Of a stretch of 64,000 nucleotides of DNA, positions 58,771-64,000 are shown in pieces. Within the stretch, counting starts at the first letter, position 1. Every line of letters starts with the position of its first letter. A model generated the notes under the pieces. The model did not search any database. It was not told the origin of the DNA and saw only the letters and a list, made by a program, of their open reading frames with translations. Location of the stretch: positions 20,809 through 84,808 of the forward strand of contig JBGSVZ010000070.1 in assembly GCA_041752695.1 (NCBI GenBank), in the 5' to 3' direction. The stretch comes from Terrimicrobiaceae bacterium. Lineage in GTDB: Bacteria > Verrucomicrobiota > Verrucomicrobiia > Chthoniobacterales > Terrimicrobiaceae. Made by a program: the position numbers and the translations under genes.

Positions 58771-59898
58771 ATGCCTACTCTCGATACCACCGTTGACGGA
58801 CTGAAATTCAAGAATCCCTTCGTGATTGCCTCAGGTCCTCCCGGGACCAATCTCAATGTGATGAACCGCGCGTTCCGCGAGGGTTGGGGCGGGGTCATTG
58901 CCAAGACGGTGAGCCTCGACTCGACCAAGGTAATCAATGTCACGCCGCGCTACGGCAAACTGTACTCGGCGGACAAAAAGGAGATCATCGGCTGGGAAAA
59001 CATCGAACTCATCAGCGACCGGCCATTTTCCATCTGGCTGGAGGAGTTTAAGAAATGCAAGGACGCCTACCCCGACGGCGTGCTCATCGCCTCCATCATG
59101 GAGGAATACAACAAGGACGCCTGGATCGAGATCGTGGAGCGTTGCCAGGAGGTTGGCGTGGATTCGTTTGAGCTAAATTTTTCCTGCCCGCACGGCATGC
59201 CGGATCGCAAGATGGGCATGGCCATGGGCCAGGATCCCGAGTTGCTCGGCGAGGTGTGCGAATGGGTCATGTCGGCGGCCAAAATTCCGGTCTGGGCGAA
59301 AATGACGCCCAACATCACGGACATCGAGCTGCCCGGCCGGAAGGCGCTGGCGGCGGGGTGTCAGGGCGTGTCCGCCATCAACACCATTCGTAGCGTGATA
59401 GGAGTCAACCTGGAAACTTTGCGTCCCGAACCGAGCGTCGAAGGCTACACGACCGCCGGCGGATATTCGTCGAAGGCGGTCAAACCCATCGCGCTCCGCG
59501 TTTGCATGGAACTGGCCACGATGATCCAGAAGGAATTCCCCGGCCGCAGCCTTTCGGGCATGGGCGGGGTCGAAAACGGATCCGATGCCGCGGAGTTTAT
59601 CCTGCTCGGATCGGACACCGTGCAAGTCTGCACCGGCGTTATGAAATTTGGCTACGGTATGGTGAAGGGACTCTGCGAGGAGTTGCTCGCCTTCATGGAG
59701 AAGCACAAATTCGAAGCGATCTCCGACTTCAAAGGTTCAAGCCTTCCCTACTTCACCACGCATGCGGAACTCGTCCGTATGCAAAAGGAACGCAAAGCCG
59801 CCCAAAAGGCTGCCGAGGAAAAGAAAATGGTGAAAGCCGACGGCGAATGGGACGGCGACGACTTCGTGAAACAATCCGACGCCCTAGCGCAAAATTAA
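58771..59898 (+). CDS. preA: Dihydropyrimidine dehydrogenase, FMN subunit (PreA/plant PYD1-like; no C-terminal ferredoxin domain)
   Basis: SGPPGTN, NVTPRY, NIELISDR, ELNFSCPHGM, WAKMTPNITDI, AINT and VQVCT motifs. No CxxCxxC motifs. Confidence 0.9.
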   Translation: MPTLDTTVDGLKFKNPFVIASGPPGTNLNVMNRAFREGWGGVIAKTVSLDSTKVINVTPRYGKLYSADKKEIIGWENIELISDRPFSIWLEEFKKCKDAYPDGVLIASIMEEYNKDAWIEIVERCQEVGVDSFELNFSCPHGMPDRKMGMAMGQDPELLGEVCEWVMSAAKIPVWAKMTPNITDIELPGRKALAAGCQGVSAINTIRSVIGVNLETLRPEPSVEGYTTAGGYSSKAVKPIALRVCMELATMIQKEFPGRSLSGMGGVENGSDAAEFILLGSDTVQVCTGVMKFGYGMVKGLCEELLAFMEKHKFEAISDFKGSSLPYFTTHAELVRMQKERKAAQKAAEEKKMVKADGEWDGDDFVKQSDALAQN

Positions 59899-59946
59899 TT
59901 CTCCGGTTTTCATTTTTCCGCTAACCTCGCGTTCCATTTTCTCACC

Positions 59947-61428
59947 ATGACCCCCTGTCCCGCCTACATCGGCGGCGAATGGCAATCCGGCGACGGACTG
60001 CCCACTTCGCCGGTTTACAATCCCTCCACCGGCGACGTGATCGCCGAATGTCCCCTCGGCGGCGCCGCCGAGGTGCACGCTGCCGTGGAAGCCGCGGCCG
60101 CGGCATTTCCCGCGTGGAGCGAAACACCTCCCGTCGAGCGGGCCCGCGTGTTTTTCCGGTACCGTCAATTGATCGAAGACAACTTCGAACTGCTCTGCCA
60201 GACAGTTTCCCGCGAGCACGGCAAGACCGCCGCCGAGGCCCGGGGCAGCGTCTATCGCGGCTTGGAAAATGTGGAATACGCCTGCGGCATCCCGACCCTT
60301 TTGATGGGCGACACTCTCGCCAATCTCGCCCGCAATGTGGATTGCGAGACGCACCTTCAACCGCTCGGGGTCTGCGCCGGGATCACGCCATTTAATTTTC
60401 CCGCGATGGTGCCGCTCTGGATGTTCCCGCTCGCCCTCGCGTGCGGAAACACCTTCGTGCTCAAGCCCAGCGAGAAGGTCCCGCTCAGCGCCGTGCTGCT
60501 GGTGCAACTGTTGGAGAAAGCCGGCCTGCCCAAAGGCGTGCTCAATCTGGTCCATGGCGGACGCGAAAGCGTGGACGCGCTCCTTACCCACCCCAAGGTG
60601 CGCGCCATCTCCTTTGTCGGCTCTACGCCCATTGCGAAATACATTTACGAAACCGGCACGCAAAACGGCAAACGCGTTCAAGCCAATGGCGGCGCGAAAA
60701 ACTACATCGTTGTCATGCCCGACGCCGACGTGGAAAAAACCGTCGAGGCCCTTTCCGCCGCCGCCTTCGGCTGCGCCGGCGAACGTTGCATGGCCGGCTC
60801 GACCGCCATCGCGGTGGGTACCGCCGCGGAACGTATCCTGCCTTCCCTGATCGATGTCGCTCGCGCCATCAAAGTCGGACCGACCGACCGCGCCGCCCAG
60901 CCCGACATGGGACCCGTCATCACTGCCCAACACCGCGACCGCGTGCTCAGTCTGGTGGCCAGCGGCGAGAAGGAAGGGGCCAAAAATGTCTGCGACGGCC
61001 GCGGCATCAAGGTGCCCGACGCGCCCAATGGCTTTTATGTTGGCGCGACTATTGTCGACCAGGTGGCCAACGAAATGACGCTTGCCCGCGAAGAAGTCTT
61101 CGGTCCCGTGCTCAACGTTATGCGCATGGAGGATCTCGACGCCGCGATCGCCCAGGCGAACCGATCCTCCTTCGGTAATGGCGCGGCCATTTTCACCAAC
61201 AGTGGCGCGGCGGCCCGGGAGTTCAAACACCGCGTGAAAGCCGGCATGGTCGGCGTCAATGTCGGCGTGCCCGCCACCATGGCCATGTTCCCGTTCACCG
61301 GATGGGACGCGTCGTTTTTCGGCGACCTCCACATCCAGGGCAAGGAGGCCGTGCAATTTTACACCCAACAAAAAGTCACCACCACCCGCTGGTTCGGCGG
61401 GCAGGTGGGGGATGTTTGGAGAAAGTGA
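59947..61428 (+). CDS. mmsA: CoA-acylating (methyl)malonate-semialdehyde dehydrogenase
   Basis: AGITPFNFPAMVPLWMFP, LKPSEK, SFVGSTP, GAKN, AFGCAGERCMA, EEVFGPVL and FFGD motifs. Confidence 0.92.
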   Translation: MTPCPAYIGGEWQSGDGLPTSPVYNPSTGDVIAECPLGGAAEVHAAVEAAAAAFPAWSETPPVERARVFFRYRQLIEDNFELLCQTVSREHGKTAAEARGSVYRGLENVEYACGIPTLLMGDTLANLARNVDCETHLQPLGVCAGITPFNFPAMVPLWMFPLALACGNTFVLKPSEKVPLSAVLLVQLLEKAGLPKGVLNLVHGGRESVDALLTHPKVRAISFVGSTPIAKYIYETGTQNGKRVQANGGAKNYIVVMPDADVEKTVEALSAAAFGCAGERCMAGSTAIAVGTAAERILPSLIDVARAIKVGPTDRAAQPDMGPVITAQHRDRVLSLVASGEKEGAKNVCDGRGIKVPDAPNGFYVGATIVDQVANEMTLAREEVFGPVLNVMRMEDLDAAIAQANRSSFGNGAAIFTNSGAAAREFKHRVKAGMVGVNVGVPATMAMFPFTGWDASFFGDLHIQGKEAVQFYTQQKVTTTRWFGGQVGDVWRK

Positions 61429-61432
61429 TTCA

Positions 61433-61489
61433 ACAGAAGCAAACGAAGGGAACTAAGGACATGTCTTCGTTTTCTTCGTTATCTTCTGT
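61433..61489. repeat. Intergenic imperfect palindrome built from (A)ACGAAG-like units
   Basis: ACAGAAGCAAACGAAGGGAACTAAG...CTTCGTTTTCTTCGTTATCTTCTGT. Confidence 0.65.
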
Positions 61490-61500
61490 AAAATAAATCC

Positions 61501-62886
61501 ATGAGCCTCCTCATCAAAAACGGCGAAATCATCACCGGCGACTCACGCTACATCGCTGACATCTATTGTGAGGGTGAAACCATCACGCGCATCGACAAGG
61601 ACATCCCGCCGCCGCCCGGGACCGAGGTGATCGACGCGACGGGGAAATATGTGTTTCCCGGTTTCATTGACCCTCACACCCACATTTACCTGCCCTTCAT
61701 GGGTACGTATTCGAAGGACACCTACGAAACCGGCACCAAGGCGGCCATCGCGGGCGGGACCACCACCATTTTCGACATGTGTTGTCCGTCCCGCACGATG
61801 GAGCCCTCGGAGGGATTTGCCACCTGGAAAGCGCAAGCCGAAGGCAAAGCCGCGTGCGACTACACGTTTCACATGGGCGTGACCAAATTCGACGCATCCT
61901 CCGAACAACAGCTCCGCGAGATCGTCGCGGCCGGCATCCAGTCGTTCAAAATCTTCCTCGCTTACAAAGGCGCCTTCGGCATTGACGATGGCGAACTCTA
62001 TCGCACCCTAAGTCTGGCTAGGGAACTTGGGGTGGTTGTCACGGCCCATTGCGAAAATGAGACCCTTGTCGCCGAACGTCAGAAAGAATTGCTCGCCGCG
62101 GGGGTGACCGGTCCGGAGGGCCACCACGAGAGTCGTCCTCCCAGTGTGGAGGCCGAGGGGGTGCACCATCTGATGACCTTTGCGGGGCTCACCGGCGCCT
62201 CGGTTTACATCGTCCACCTCAGTTGCCGCGAGGCGCTGGAAGAAGCCCTGCGCGCCCGTCTCCTCGGCGTGGATGTGCGGGTGGAGACGCTCATCCAATA
62301 TCTTACGATCGACAAATCCTACGCCGAACTTCCGAATTTTGAGGGGGCGAAATTTGTCATGTCCCCGCCCCTGCGCGACAAGGCCAATCAGGAGGTTCTC
62401 TGGAACGGCCTGCGTCAGGGCCTGGTGGACACTGTGGGCACGGATCATGCCCCGTTTGACTTCGTCGGACAGAAACCGATGGGCAAGGAAGACTTCACCA
62501 AGATTCCTAATGGCATCCCGGCCCTCGAGGATCGCATCAACCTGCTTTACACTTATGGCGTGAAACGCGGGAAACTCGACCTCCACCAATTGGTGAACGT
62601 CGCCAGCACCAACGCGGCGAAAATTTTCAACCTCTTCCCCCGCAAAGGCACGATCCAACTGGGCGCCGACGCGGACCTGGTTGTTTACGATCCCGCCTAT
62701 CGCGGCAAACTCTCCGTAGCCAACCAGCACATGAACATCGACTACAATGCCTACGAAGGGTGGGAGATCGAGGGACGTCCGGCGGTCGTCACCGTGCGCG
62801 GTGAAGTTGCCGCCCGTGATGGGAAATTTGTGGGGACAGTCGGACGGGGAAAATTGCTCCAGCGGGTGCCAGACAAACCGGTTTGA
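61501..62886 (+). CDS. hydA: Dihydropyrimidinase
   Basis: PGFIDPHTH, GGTTT, SFKIFLAY (carbamylated Lys), HCEN, VHLS, SPPLR, TDHAPF and IPNG motifs. Confidence 0.95.
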   Translation: MSLLIKNGEIITGDSRYIADIYCEGETITRIDKDIPPPPGTEVIDATGKYVFPGFIDPHTHIYLPFMGTYSKDTYETGTKAAIAGGTTTIFDMCCPSRTMEPSEGFATWKAQAEGKAACDYTFHMGVTKFDASSEQQLREIVAAGIQSFKIFLAYKGAFGIDDGELYRTLSLARELGVVVTAHCENETLVAERQKELLAAGVTGPEGHHESRPPSVEAEGVHHLMTFAGLTGASVYIVHLSCREALEEALRARLLGVDVRVETLIQYLTIDKSYAELPNFEGAKFVMSPPLRDKANQEVLWNGLRQGLVDTVGTDHAPFDFVGQKPMGKEDFTKIPNGIPALEDRINLLYTYGVKRGKLDLHQLVNVASTNAAKIFNLFPRKGTIQLGADADLVVYDPAYRGKLSVANQHMNIDYNAYEGWEIEGRPAVVTVRGEVAARDGKFVGTVGRGKLLQRVPDKPV

Positions 62887-62914
62887 GGCCGCCCTCAAAG
62901 CCACACCACTAATT

Positions 62915-62975
62915 TGTAGTCACCCCGCTCTGTCGGGGTGCCCAACGGACGCCCCGACAGAGCGGGGCGACTACA
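62915..62975. repeat. GTAG-type REP doublet / long hairpin between convergent genes
   Basis: TGTAGTCACCCCGCTCTGTCGGGGTG-CCCAACGGA-CGCCCCGACAGAGCGGGGCGACTACA. The arms are ~26 bp and differ only by G:U-compatible changes; each arm has its own internal palindrome. Confidence 0.8.
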
Positions 62976-62987
62976 GTAAAAACAGCC

Positions 62988-63897
62988 TCACTGCTCCGGA
63001 CTCATCAGTGCCGCCAACCGGCACTTCAGCCGGAAGAGAAAACTGCCGTCCTGAAACTTACGCAGATCCTCCTGCTTGCTCCGGGCAAAGTCGGCCTCGA
63101 ACATCTTCTCCACCTTGCTGGCAAACTCCGCGTCCTGCACCGCAGCAGACAATTCAAAATTCAGCATGAACGAGCGGTAATCAAGATTGACCGAACCGAC
63201 AATCGCCAGATCTGTGTCAGCCAGCAGCACCTTCTGATGCATAAATCCCGGTTGATAGCGCCAGATCTTCACTCCCGCCTCCAACATGGCGGGATAAAAG
63301 GTGAACGACGAGAGCCAGGGCAGAAGGTGATCAATTCCCTGCGGCAAAATAATCCGCACATCCACTCCCCGCAGGGCGGCGTGAGCCAATGCCGTACGAA
63401 GGGCGGGGTCCGGCACGAAATAGGGACTCGCAATCCAGAGCCTTTCGCGCACGTCATGAATCAATTCACAAAATACCGCCGGCGTAATATTCCAGGACTC
63501 CGCAGGACCCGAGGCAAAGGGCAGCACAATCTCACTCCCGCGCTCCTGCGGCACAATCGGCAGGTCGGGAACGGTTTTGTCCACGTAATACCAGTCTTCC
63601 AAAAACGACAATTGCAGAGCCAGCACCGCAGGGCCCTCGACAGCCATGTGGGTATCCCGCCACGCTCCCAGCGGCCCCTCGCCCATGTATTCGTCGCCGG
63701 CATTCAAGCCGCCCAGGAACGCCGTGTGCCCGTCGACGATCACGAGTTTGCGATGATTGCGAAAGTTCACCTGAAATCTCCGTCCGAACTGACGATTGGT
63801 GACAAACGCCTTCACCTCGACGCCGCCGGCCTGCAATTCTTGCACGTATGTTTCGGGCAAACCTTTCGCCCCGACTTTGTCAAAAAGCAGCCAGCAC
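62988..63897 (-). pseudogene. cls: Cardiolipin synthase, 3' portion; interrupted by IS at 63898
   Basis: Two PLD motifs (RNHRKLVIVDG and MHQKVLLAD), WRDTH, SGP and SPYFVP. Homologous sequence (CWLLFDKVG) stops at 63897, with an in-frame TAG a few codons into the IS. No N-terminal TM region. Confidence 0.85.
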
Positions 63898-64000
63898 TGA
63901 AGTGCCCCCGGATTTTGATCCAGTTGCTATGAGAGATTTGGTTGTTGGTTTGGGTTGGTTGCGATGTTTTGCGTAGTGGAGGGCGTAGCCCGTAACGAAG
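63898..64000 (-). mobile_element. Right end of an IS3-family insertion sequence (partial)
   Basis: The minus strand ends ...CTCTCATAGCAACTGGATCAAAATCCGGGGGCACTTCA-3' (terminal CA and G-run typical of IS3-family IRs). An open frame SLRATPSTTQNIATNPNQQPNLS* ends just inside it. The junction with cls is abrupt. Confidence 0.75.

Noticed and set aside
1..64000. rRNA, tRNA, CRISPR arrays, riboswitches, prophage
   Set aside because: None recognised by eye. Intergenic gaps are short; an Infernal/tRNAscan run would be needed to exclude small RNAs (e.g. 58394-58770, 10471-10873).

Overview
GC-rich bacterial DNA, almost certainly Verrucomicrobiota (inferred from a Verru_Chthon four-gene cassette, PEP-CTERM proteins, and verrucomicrobial-type LacI/MFS genes). 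(1) ~1-27 kb: a glycan-utilisation locus with a LacI regulator, two MFS transporters, a 2-hydroxyacid dehydrogenase, a four-gene type IV minor-pilin-like cassette (D-B-C-A), a PEP-CTERM beta-helix protein, three GH2s, an O-acetylesterase, a beta-helix lyase-like protein and a six-hairpin glycosidase. A 12-bp motif (KCAACRATATGA) recurs in four of its promoter regions. (2) 27-34 kb: a (6-4) photolyase, a GH-A hydrolase, a mutarotase-like protein, a Usp, a cNMP-binding protein and a DHODH-like protein. (3) 34-50.7 kb: a second catabolic locus with an H-X9-DG prepilin, a Gfo/Idh/MocA oxidoreductase, an MFS transporter, a PEP-CTERM protein, an FAD oxidoreductase, two DUF4838-like proteins, two esterases and an AraC regulator. 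(4) 50.7-64 kb: ogt, a phnA/yjdM-like gene, a 3'-5' exonuclease, an unusual multicopper oxidase, tex, a pyrimidine-catabolism operon with a plant PYD1-like dehydrogenase behind a putative sigma54 promoter, REP-like palindromes, and a cardiolipin synthase gene interrupted by the end of an IS3-family element. The main hypothesis is that both catabolic loci lack TonB-dependent/SusCD uptake genes and instead carry pilin-like genes, suggesting pilus-based substrate capture. All assignments come from motif recognition by eye; no searches were run.
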